Source: Heteronotia binoei (taxonomy: Eukaryota). From it: a stretch of DNA of 64,000 bases. Of this stretch, positions 37,348 to 47,647 are shown piece by piece; position 1 is the stretch's first letter; every line of letters starts with the position of its first letter. The stretch covers positions 74,586,001-74,650,000 of the forward strand of contig NC_083223.1 in NCBI RefSeq assembly GCF_032191835.1, written 5' to 3'. Under the pieces are notes generated by a model that saw only the letters and a list, made by a program, of their open reading frames with translations, was not told the DNA's origin and ran no database searches. The position numbers were made by a program, and so were the translations under genes.

Positions 37348-37643
37348 AGAAGGAAGAAGAAGAAGATGATGATATTGGATTTATACCCCGCCCTCCACTC
37401 TGAATTTCAGAGTCTCGGAGCGGCTTACAATCTCTTTTATCTTCCTCCCCAACAACAGACACCCTGTGAGGTGGGTGGGGCTGAGAGGGTTCTCACAGCA
37501 GCTGCCCTTTCAAGGACAACCTCTACCGGAGCTATGGCTGACCCAAGGCCATCCCAGCAGATGCAAGTGGAGGAGTGGGGAATCAAACCAGGTTCTCCCA
37601 GATAAGAATCCACACACTTAACCACTACACCAAACTGGCTCTC
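37348..37643 (-). mobile_element. tRNA-derived SINE (Squam3-like, gecko type), young
   Basis: Full head gagagccagtttggtgtagtggttaag on the minus strand and a (TTC)n tail. Confidence 0.88.
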
Positions 37644-38554
37644 TGGGTGAGGAAACCCAGAAGTGCAGAAAGGGGTCGAAGGGGGAAACCAGTGGCACAG
37701 CAGAGGTGACATGGGTAAGCTGAGGAAAAGCAGAAATGTTGGAAAGAGTGGTGAACTGGAGACAGTAGACTTGAGAAAGCATATATGTGGGTGACAGCAG
37801 GCAGAACAGATAGGAAGACTACAGATGGGTAGAGCCACAAGTTGAAGGTGGTGTTGAAGCCAGAACATAGGCAGAGAGAGTGCACATGGCACAAGGGGAC
37901 AAGTGCACATGGCACAAGGGGACAAGAAGAAATTTTCCTTTCCCCACAAATCCTTGCAGGTCACACCCTTGTTATAGGATAATGGGAAATTATCCCTCTG
38001 ATGCAACTAATTAGTTCTCTGGCTCTATTTGCAGTTCCCATTGCAAAAGTCAGCCAGACATAACACTGGATAGCTTATATTTTGCTACTAGTATAGCATT
38101 TATTAAAAACTGAAACCATCTAATTAGATTTCAGGACCACCAGTTATATAGGTAAACTACAGCTACCTCCCGTCCCCCAAACCCCTACTACTATTGGACA
38201 ACTTTTTACTGTCACCAGCCAGGCTAGAAGCTGCTCAGGAGTTGTTCCTGTGACTTTCCTGCAGTTTTTATGCTACATCCCAAGTATCTGAAGATCTATG
38301 AATTGCCATTTGAATATACCTGTGTCATTCTGCTACTTGCCCTTCCTTACCTGCATCCTAGTTCTACATATTGCTCTCCTGGGCTTTGATCACAATGCCA
38401 GCAAGCACTCACTCACTTGGCTTTGCCTACTAGTGCAGGCACTGCCCAACTGGATGACTTCACCTCCTGTGATTATACTTGAATTTCACAATAGAGCCTG
38501 ACAAGTGGAAAAAATATTTAAATATATCTTGATATATGCATAGATTTTGTTTAC

Positions 38555-38621
38555 CATTTATCAGTTGTTCACAGACTTGTCTTGCAACAGCTCGCATCAA
38601 ATTCTGAGAAGCAATGTCTCC
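38555..38621 (-). CDS. COL12A1: Collagen XII exon (NC2), 67 bp, [22 protein letters not shown](G)
   Basis: AG/GT boundaries; a 108-nt intron separates it from the previous exon; [11 protein letters not shown] is the FACIT NC2 signature; ends in phase 1. Confidence 0.96.
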
Positions 38622-38729
38622 CTTGATAATTAAAGGAAGGCTTGCATTAGAACACGAGCTACTCCTTTTTAATTTAATTTAATAAATTAGAAGAAATGGG
38701 AATGAACTAACAGTTAAGGTTGTACTTAC

Positions 38730-38765
38730 TCGGTCACCCTTTTCACCCTTCAACCCAGCTGGGCC
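38730..38765 (-). CDS. COL12A1: Collagen XII exon (end of COL2), 36 bp, GPAGLKGEKGDR
   Basis: ttacag acceptor and GTAAGT donor, phase 0. Confidence 0.95.
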
Positions 38766-39527
38766 CTGTAATAAATTATATTTATCAGGGCATATCAACA
38801 GGATAACATCATGCAAATGACCAAATATAACCCAAAGAAAGCAATGAAAAGCAATAATCAGAATGAACACAAGAGTGTGCACTGGGAGATAATTCATCAT
38901 GAGATGTGCTCATCAGAAGCTCCAAGACTTGACCAAAGCCTATATTGAAATTTAAATAGCAAGGCCTAGAAAGAAATAGGGATATGTAACACCAAACCTG
39001 TGACTGGCAAGCAGTTTGAAGCATCTACACTGGGCAAACCCTACCATAAATATGTATGGTTCGTAGATAAGAGGCTGTATTGTTTTCAGCTCTTCTAAAC
39101 TGTTTCCATATACCTCAGAATATCTATTCATAGCCTCTGTTCATGTCTTAACATAAAACACTATAAGAGGTTTTATTTGAATTCTCAGTTTCCTCTTTTG
39201 GGTATTAAAAACTGTAAGGGTGATATTTCTTTGTTTAGTAGAGTATTTGGTTGGCATGGAGAAATCCAAGTCCAAGCTCAGTGCTTGTAAAGTTACTAAC
39301 CTCCAGGAAGGGCCTGGAGTTCTTTCAGAATTACAGCTGATCTCCAGCCAACAGAGATCTGTTCCCTCAGATGAAATGACAACTTTGGAGGTGGACATCA
39401 CATCCCCACAGAGCTCTTTCTCCTTCACAAATTGTCCTCCTCAGGGACTACTGCCAAATTGCCAGGAATTTCTCGAGCTGGATTTTGTGTATAAACACTT
39501 GGCATCTCCAGTTAAAGGATCATTGGG

Positions 39528-39665
39528 ATAGATCCAAGCGGGCAGCTGTGCTGGTCTGAAGCAGCTGAACAAAGCAGGAGTCAAGTGCACCTTTAAGACC
39601 AACCAATTTTTATTTAGAACATAAGCTTTCGTGTGCTCTTAAGCACACTTCATCAGACGAGGGAT
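39528..39665 (-). mobile_element. Penelope-like element terminal (pLTR) fragment
   Basis: gatccaagcgggcagctgtgctggtctgaagcag...cacctttaagaccaacc...aagctttcgtgtgc...cttcatcag is the recurrent reptile PLE tail; 5-6 relatives in this window. Confidence 0.8.
39620..39659 (-). ncRNA. Minimal type-I hammerhead ribozyme motif (PLE-associated), intact core
   Basis: Minus strand: cgu CUGAUGA a gugugcu uaag agcacac GAAA gc UU aug. This gives the conserved core, a 7-bp stem II, a palindromic AGCU stem III and a 3-bp stem I. Confidence 0.75.
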
Positions 39666-40964
39666 CCAGCCAGTGAGCAAAGCCATACATAGCTGTATGT
39701 ATGTATTGGGAAACACTTTTCTCTGCCTGATGCCACGGAGAGCCACTGAGGTCACAATAAGGAATACTGAGCTAAAAGGACCAATGCTCTGCCTCAACAT
39801 ACACAGTTGTTCATATCCAGAGAATCATACACTAAAGGTATAGATAGTACAGTTCTATTTTGTGGAGACATCAGTAGTAATCCTTTAAGGATACCAAATA
39901 AAGCACTATAATGGAGTGATATTTTCTTGTTCTTATGTTTTACCTCGGTGATTTATGATTTATCTCGTTTTTTTAAACTTTGAACCTTTAGATGTTTAAA
40001 ATGGATTGCAGTTATCTTGTATTCATTTCAAAGTGCAAAACCAGTAATGTTATCTGGTGATAAATTTGTTAATGGGTTACTGTAATCCTAAAAATACCTT
40101 CCTGGCAGGAAGCCCCAATACAATGGGATTTACTTTTGAATAAACCTTTTTAGGATTGCTTTCTAACTATTCTCATGAATTGGAATATGTATACACTTGC
40201 TACCAATCTAGGCCTGTGGATTTCAAAGGGCTTAGAACTGAGTACCTCTCTATAGGATTGTACTAAGGGGACCACCCCGCCTCCACTCTTGGTTATTAGT
40301 CGCCTAACCATAGCTAAATACAACAGAGAAGGAGTCAGGCTATTTCTATGCGACTATGAACTGCTATGCACTTAATACGAACTTCATGCTACCAGGACAC
40401 TCAAAAACAATGTTCTGGAAATATATACATGTAATCTAGTCTATAAACATGAGTTAATATATACATACCTAAAACAACCGTTTGAATTTAGCTTCATTGT
40501 TTACATTCTTCACTTAAGAAATGGAAAAGTCAAGAAAGATTCTGACATATTTCCCTGGTGACACTTTATCAACATACTTAAGATGAATGTTGGAGATTTT
40601 CAAGATGAATGACAGTAATCACATAAGGATATATTTGTTGTTCAGTTTTGCTGGGAGGCATCATGGAAAATCTCTCCATTTCAAATCACTCCAAAAGTTT
40701 GTCTGAACTACTGAGCCGTAACCAGAAAACCATCAACCCATTTCAGTAAGCAATTCTACCAGTACTCCATCACATACTATGCTTTGGGTTTTCATGCAGT
40801 TTTACATTCTGGATTTTTTAATGGGTTGGGTTGTTGTTGTTGTTTTTTTTTGGGGGGGGGGAGTTTTTATGATTTTATCTTCTTTTATTTGAGAGCCACC
40901 TCACACAGATCTCTGAAAGAGTGGCATGTAAATAAATAAATGTAAGTATAATTTAATAAGTGTC

Positions 40965-41435
40965 TAGAGTCAGGTGAGCAGCCACGCTGGTCTGAAGCAA
41001 CAGGACAAAGTCAGAGTCCAGTGGCACCTTTAAAACCAACCGAGTTTTATTCAAGGTATGAGCTTTCATGTGCATGCACACTTCCTCAGATCCAATGAAA
41101 TGGAAGACAACCATACAAACTTAGACAAGAATCTGAACATCAAATTAGCATGTAACATGATGAAGGTATTTTAAGATAATGCTTCACTATTGTTCCTCCT
41201 TCATCCAAACAACTGTTGACCCTATAAACTTCATTTGTTATTCCTGTTTTGTCTCCACAATCTTAAAATACCTTCATCATGATCCATGCTAATTTGCTGT
41301 TCAGTCACTGTTTATAAGTTTGAATGATTATCTTCCATTTCTATGTAGGAAATGTGTGTGCACACAAAAGCTCATACCTTGAATAAAAAACTTCATTGGT
41401 CTTAAAGGTGCCACTGGACTCTTAACTTTGTTCTA
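40965..41435. mobile_element. Penelope-derived fold-back: two PLE termini in inverted orientation
   Basis: Arm ~41003-41177 is the reverse complement of ~41260-41433; both carry PLE tail and hammerhead-like remnants. Confidence 0.8.
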
Positions 41436-44321
41436 GAGCCAGGGATGTTTTGGATGTGTTGTGATATAATTCTAGTATACCACTCATAATAATATCTTCC
41501 ATTTTCTAGTGTGGCATTATCCAAATTGACTGGCCTCTTCAGCTTACTATAAAGCAAAATAATGTTCACTTATTTTATTTCAGATCAGGGTCACCACTTC
41601 TAAGTTATTTTTATATTCCCTTCCAACTACTTTCTGAGAAGACTCCATATTTTGCAATTGGTATTAATCATGTGTGACAGTTTTGGATGTACCAAAAGGA
41701 AATCCCTAAAAAATCAACAATCTTTTATTGGTAAACTCTCAGAAGTGAGTGGCTTTGTAGTCATTCTTCAATCATTTTTAAAGTTCTTTCATCAGCATAG
41801 GAAAAAATAATCACTAAATTTGGCAGTGAGTGGGTTCCCTCCCCCCAAAAAGTTTCAATGTATTTTCAAATCACCTCAGTAACAGATTCTAATAAATTAT
41901 TCTATTATCACTAGAAAATATTTGGATAAAATTAAATGGAATACATGATCTTCCAGTGAAATCATGAATACTTAAAGAAGTGATAGTTAAGCTAGTGATA
42001 GTTTTTAGATGCACAAAACTCAGCCTTGGTTAAAGTATCACGTGAAAAAACCTAGCTGTCTAAACACATCTAAACAATAGTCCACTAAGTCTGAAGTAAA
42101 GTCAATCATAAATTCTAATTGAAAATTAGGGGGACTATGTACTTTGACTAAATAGCTCTAAGAAATTACATAACAGAAATTACATAACCCCACTTCATAA
42201 AGGACCTAAAAGTTGACATTTCTGGTATTTTTAGAGAAGAAGCAGAGACACAGTCATAAGCCCAAGGCAAGGGAGGGACAATCAAATACTTCAATAGTGC
42301 AATCCTAAACAGATTTTTGCCCTTGATAACTGTGTATTGCTACCTCAAATCATTTTTGAAAAGCCATTTAATGAAGACATGAAAACAGTTTCAAACCGGA
42401 ATACATTCAAAAGATATAGGAGCTTTCAACAAAATACCTCCAGGATTATAAAGTATTATGTTGAAGGGAAGAATAACTTCCCTAAGGGTTTTTTTTTTTT
42501 AAATTCTCCCAATTTGACACAAAAACACATGAAAAGAAACACTACATTATTTAGGAAAAATTACCTTAACAAAGCTGTCACACAACTGGATCACCTCCCT
42601 CATCTGTCAATCAGCCTCATTCAGAATATGATTATCAGTTATTTTAGCCTAAGGCAGCATTTACTTTTAGAACGTTCACCACATCTGAGAAATTGTTCCA
42701 GAATTAAAGACCGGGAGTCCCTGGGAGGATTACTTAACTGACATTGGTGTCTACAAAGCACAGATAGATGATCTGTCCTTGTTTATCCTAAACACTTAAC
42801 AGACAGCATTGTTTATTTAGTTCCTTCTTATTGAATTATTGTCATACAACTATCTTTGACTAAAGAATGGTTATTAAGAAATTACCAATGCAATTTTCTA
42901 AGTCTCTCAAGTATTTCAGATGGCAGTTTCATGCCAAATGTTCTAAAGATGTGTAGCTTTTCACAGTTTGTTAATCTCTTGATAAGTGACAAATTCTGCT
43001 TAATTGTCAATGTTTGTTACATTCAATGGATCAGCAAAACAATGCAGCAGTAAAAGTAACAGGGTACAGCATTAGCAGAGGCTATTTACTAATAAAAAGG
43101 ATTATCTATACACAATTGCATTTTTTCTTCTCTATAGTTAAAATTGAAACAGAAGTTCTGCCTCTGTCTTCTACAGGATCTGGTTCTTTTATGAGGCTGT
43201 AAAATGGAATTCTGAAGTGAGCAGAATGTCTTCACTCTATTTTCATGCCACAATGTAGCCAGCTGCAGCTCATGAGCTTCATTAGGAATCTTTAGGGCCA
43301 GCTCCAAAGTTGCCATTTTGAAATCTTGTCCCCACAGAAAGTACAAGCACAGAGTATGATACTGATTTCCCCCACTGTGCATATCTATATTCAAATGTTT
43401 TCTAAACTCCTGAACAAATGATTTTTTTAATCCTTTGCTACTCAAGTTTGTTTCATAGCAATTTGGAATTGTCAGATGATATACCAGGCTTCCCTGAATT
43501 AGAACATTGTGGGCCAACTAACTCAAGAAGCCTGTGCTCCAAGACTGGATAATCAGATCTCTTTGACTCAGCAACCTCTTAAGACCTTAAGTAAACAGTA
43601 TGGGCTGGGGAGTCCCATGGTCTACTACCATGAAGGGTGGAGGTTAGTACCATGGGGGTTGGGGGGTTCTACTACCACTGCAGGGGTTGGGGGTTGCAAT
43701 GAGAAAGAAATTGTCCTTCCTGCTTCTCCCACCAATAGAAAGCTTTTTACTTTCTTTACTGTGATTTAGTCTTATTCCTCTCCTCATTGTGTCATGATGT
43801 TTTGTATTACTCCCGCAACACCACCATGGAAATGTATTTTCCATGGGTGCAACCTTGTGGACATTCTAGTCTGAGATGAGATAGAATTCTTGCTGCTATG
43901 CTGATGCTCCAATAATTTCATATAAGTCAGCCCCCTTCCAGCTGAGCGGCATCACCGCTTCAGGCTGGGGGCCGGGTTTTGCCCTCCTGGAAGGAGGGAG
44001 GGATGACTCAGCTCCCCAGCATATGGGAAGCTGACGGGGCGTGGACCCGGCCCCACCCCGAAAAACAGGTTTCCTACCTGTAACTGATGATCTTCGAGTG
44101 GTCATCTGTGCAGTCACACCGATGGGAGAAGGCGCCTGCACCGATCACGATCGGTAAACTTCAAAGCTGCGGATTTCCGCGCCTTCCGCCGAAGCGTGCA
44201 TGCGCAGTCCCCCATCTGCGCATGCCCACCGAGGCGGGGAGCGGACATCCCGCCAGTTCCTTCTGACCGCTGCAATAGCCCAAGCTGATGGACCGGCAGC
44301 GGAGGGGAAGGAGGGCGGGTA

Positions 44322-44412
44322 GTGTGACTGCACAGATGACCACTCGAAGATCATCAGTTACAGGTAGGAAACCTGTTTATCTTCTTCGTGGTCTCTGTGC
44401 ATCACACCGATG
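44322..44412 (-). repeat. DIRS internal complementary region (ICR)
   Basis: Two abutting blocks, one complementary to the 5' terminus and one to the 3' terminus, reproduce a circle junction cctgttt|atcttcttcg. Confidence 0.9.
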
Positions 44413-44461
44413 GGAGAGTAGCAAGCCAAGGTCTTACCTGGAGGAGGGTGCAAACGGTCCA

Positions 44462-45500
44462 TCATGAAGACATCGACTGCAAAACCGCACGGCCCACCAA
44501 GGCATCTCGACACCGTCCCAGGTCCAAGGCATAGTGGGACACGAACGTGTGCGCCGAGGCCCATGTCGCAGCCTTACAGATGTCCTGGATGGGTACACCC
44601 TTCATAAAGGCTGTCGAGGCCGCCACCGCTCTGGTAGAGTGGGCCCGAACCGGCCCAGGAAGCGGCGTCTTGCGGAGGAGGTAGCACAGGCGAATGGTCT
44701 CAATGATCCATTTCGACAAGCGCTGGGAGGATATCCTCTTGCCCTGTGATGCCGTGGCGTAGGACACGAACAGGCGAGGATCCTTCCGGGACGCCTTCGT
44801 CCGATGCAGGTAGAAGGACAACGCCCTCTTCACATCCAGCGCGTGAAGCCAACGTTCAGCGTCATTGGCCGGAGCCGGAAAGTAGGAGGGCAGGTGAATC
44901 TCAGCGTTGAGATGAAACGAAGAGACGACCTTAGGCAGAAAGGTAATGTCCGGCCTAAGGGACACGCCCTCCGGAGTAAACCGGAGGTAAGGAGCGTCAC
45001 TCCGGAGAGCAGCCAGCTCCCCCACCCGTCTAGCTGACGTGATGGCCACCAAGAACGCCGTTTTCCAAGCCAGAAGGTGCGGCGCGCACGTGGCCATGGG
45101 CTCGAACGGTTTCCCCGTCAAGGCCCTCAGGACCAAGGCTAGATCCCAAGCAGGAGCGGGGACCTTGAGGGCCGGGTATAGCCTGACAATCCCTTTGAGG
45201 AACTTCTTGGAGTCCGGGTGAGCGAAAACTGAATGGCCGTCCACTCGAGAGTGTTCTGACGAGACAGCCACCAGATAGACGCGCACGGAGGGCACCGTCA
45301 GGCCTTCGTCCAGCAACGATAAGATAAAGTCAAAGACCACTGGCAGGCCCGCTTCACAGGGAGTGACTCCTCTGTCTAGGGCGAACTTGACGAACTTAGC
45401 CCACTTATAGGAATAGGACCTCCTAGTTGAGGCCTTCCTACAATTCAGCATCACAAATCGCGCCCGCTCGGACAGCCGAGGCCTCTCAGGCGCCATGCAG
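44462..45500 (-). CDS. DIRS tyrosine recombinase (YR) domain, catalytic residues intact
   Basis: C-terminal part of the 1061-aa ORF: ASTRRSYSYKW core-binding start, ITSARRVGEL (Arg), HSTRA (His-x-x-Arg), ATWAS (Trp) and FVSHY (Tyr nucleophile). Confidence 0.9.
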
Positions 45501-47647
45501 TGAGCTTCAAGTGGGGAACGTCGTGGTGAAGAACCTGGCCCCGATGGGAGAGGAGGAGATCCGGGGCCCGTGGGAAAGGGTGGAAGTTCCCGCTGGCTAG
45601 GCGAGAAACCACTGGGAACCACTGCTGCCGGGGCCACCAGGGGGTGACAAGGATCCCCACCGGCCTGTCGCAAAGGATTTTCTGTATCACCTTTGTCATG
45701 AGAGGGATCGGGGGGGAAAGGTAAACCTTGTGAAGGCTCCAAGGAACTAGGAGTCCGTCCCCCAAGGACCCGCGACCTTGGCCCCCTCTGCTGCAGAACA
45801 GCCTGCACTTCCTGTTCTCCCGTGTCGCAAAAACGTCCAAGTCGGGAGTCCCCCACCTTTGGAAGACCGGTTCCTGGTAGTCCCAATTTATCTCCCACTC
45901 GTGGAGGGACGCCCCCCCCACGGCTTAGGAAGTCCGCCCGGACATTCTGCTCCCCTGGAAGATGGGTTGCAGACAGCGACACGCCCAGTGACTCGCATAG
46001 GTCCCACACGGACATGGCGAGGAGGCAGAGCCTGCGGGACACCGTGCCCCCCTGCCGGTTGATGTACGCCATCGCCGTGGTGTTGTCCGTCATGACCAGC
46101 ACCGCCCTGTTCCGGAGAATGGTCTGGAAAGACTGCAGTGCATGATACACCGCCAGGAGCTCCAGGTAGTTGATGTGACATTGGGAGTGGCGATCGGGCC
46201 ACGGGGCGCCCACACAGAGTCCCGCAGCATGCGCCCCCCAGCCCCAGAGGGATGCATCCGTCGTCACCGTCACTGTAGGAGCCGGGCGTCGGAAGGGTAG
46301 ACCTTCCATCAGGTGGTCCCTGTTCTCCCACCACCGGAGAGATGCGAGGACCTCCGACGGGATCGTCAATCTGCGGGAAAGGGGATCGATGTTGCATCGA
46401 AAGACCCTGAGGAACCAGAGCTGCAGTGGCCGCATGCGTCGTCTCGCCATGCCGATGACCGATGTCGTAGCTGCCATGAGGCCCAACAGTCTTTGCACCT
46501 GTCGAGCTTGAACCACGGGTTTCTCTTGAAAGGAGCGCACCGTCTGTACCAGCACCTCCGCTCTGTCGGGGGGGAGAAACGCTCTGCACGCCTCCGTGTC
46601 CAGGATCGCCCCAATGAACTGCACCTTGCGAGATGGGCGGAGGTGGGACTTCGCCCAGTTGACCTGCAGGCCCAGCTTTGTGAGCAGAGCGAGGGTCAGT
46701 CCGATGTGGTGTTGCAGAAGCTCCTCCGAGCTCGCCACAATCAGCCAGTCGTCGATATAGGGAAAAATCGTCACCCCCTGCAGCCGCAGGTTGGCGGCCA
46801 CGACGACCATTGTCTTTGTGAAGACCCTCGGAGCCGTACATAGTCCGAAAGGAAGGGCCCGGTATTGAAAATGGGCCCCCCCGATAGCAAAACGGAGGAA
46901 GCTGCGGTGGGCAGGAAGGATGGAGATGTGAAAGTATGCATCCTTCAAATCCAACGTGGCCATGAAGTCGCCCGGAGACAGCAATGGAAGGATATGCTGC
47001 AGGGAGACCATCCGGAACTTGTCGCAGCGAACAAACAAGTTCAGGTCCCGAAGGTCCATGATTGGACGGAGACCACCGTCCTTCTTTGGGACGGTAAAGT
47101 AATGGGAGTAGAACCCCTGGCCCCGTTGGTCCGCAGGGACCTCTTCGATCGCACGTTTGAGGAGGAGGGAGTCCACTTCCGCTTGGAGGGATGGGGAAGG
47201 AGGGGTACGGACGAACTTTAGTGTGGGGTAGCGTAGGAACTCTATGGCGTACCCCCGTTGAATGATGGATAACACCCACAGGTCCGATGTAACAAGGGAC
47301 CACTCCAGTAGGTGGGGGGAAAGACGGATAGAGTCCACTACAACTGATGGAGGAAGGAAGTCAAAGGCCCTGCTTGCCCTGCTTGGACCCTTTCTGACGA
47401 GGCTGGGTAGCAGGGGGAGAGTACTTCTGTTTGGAAGAATATTGCTGACGCTGGAAGGGCGCAGAAGACTTAGGTTTCCAGGAACGCTCTGGTGACTTCG
47501 CATACGGCTTCTTCTGCCACGGTTTCGTCCACTGCCGCTTTGATTGAGGGCGGGGGGCCGAAACACCCAAGTTACGCGAGGTTTTGATGCTTTTGTCCAG
47601 CTCCTGGAGGACAGAGTCCGTAGTGGAGCTGAACAACCCCGAACCAT
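45451..47647 (-). pseudogene. DIRS pol ORF2: reverse transcriptase + RNase H + DNA N6-adenine methyltransferase-like domain, broken by +1 slip in C8 run 45912-45919
   Basis: RT motifs GFYSHYF, DLKDAY and YIDD; RNase H motifs TDAS, LELLAV, TDN and ADFLSR. The MT-like domain is in ORF 45451-45921 (HEW...WGTPDLDVFA...YLSPP...PWWPRQQWF). Removing one base gives ...LSRGGASLHEW... in frame. Confidence 0.9.

Noticed and set aside
4961-37643. tRNA-like A/B boxes in several elements as tRNA genes
   Set aside because: They are SINE heads followed by SINE bodies and tails; no complete cloverleaf.
42337-42741. 134-aa plus-strand ORF in AT-rich intron
   Set aside because: TTG start, Lys/Asn/Phe-biased composition typical of random AT-rich ORFs, no splice or domain support.
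43820-43850. 9-bp stem ccatggaaa/tttccatgg
   Set aside because: Short, isolated and within chance expectation for 64 kb.
44075-44130. CTGATGA in the DIRS terminus/ICR as a possible hammerhead
   Set aside because: No stem II followed by GAAA on the same strand; the nearby GAAA is on the complementary copy.
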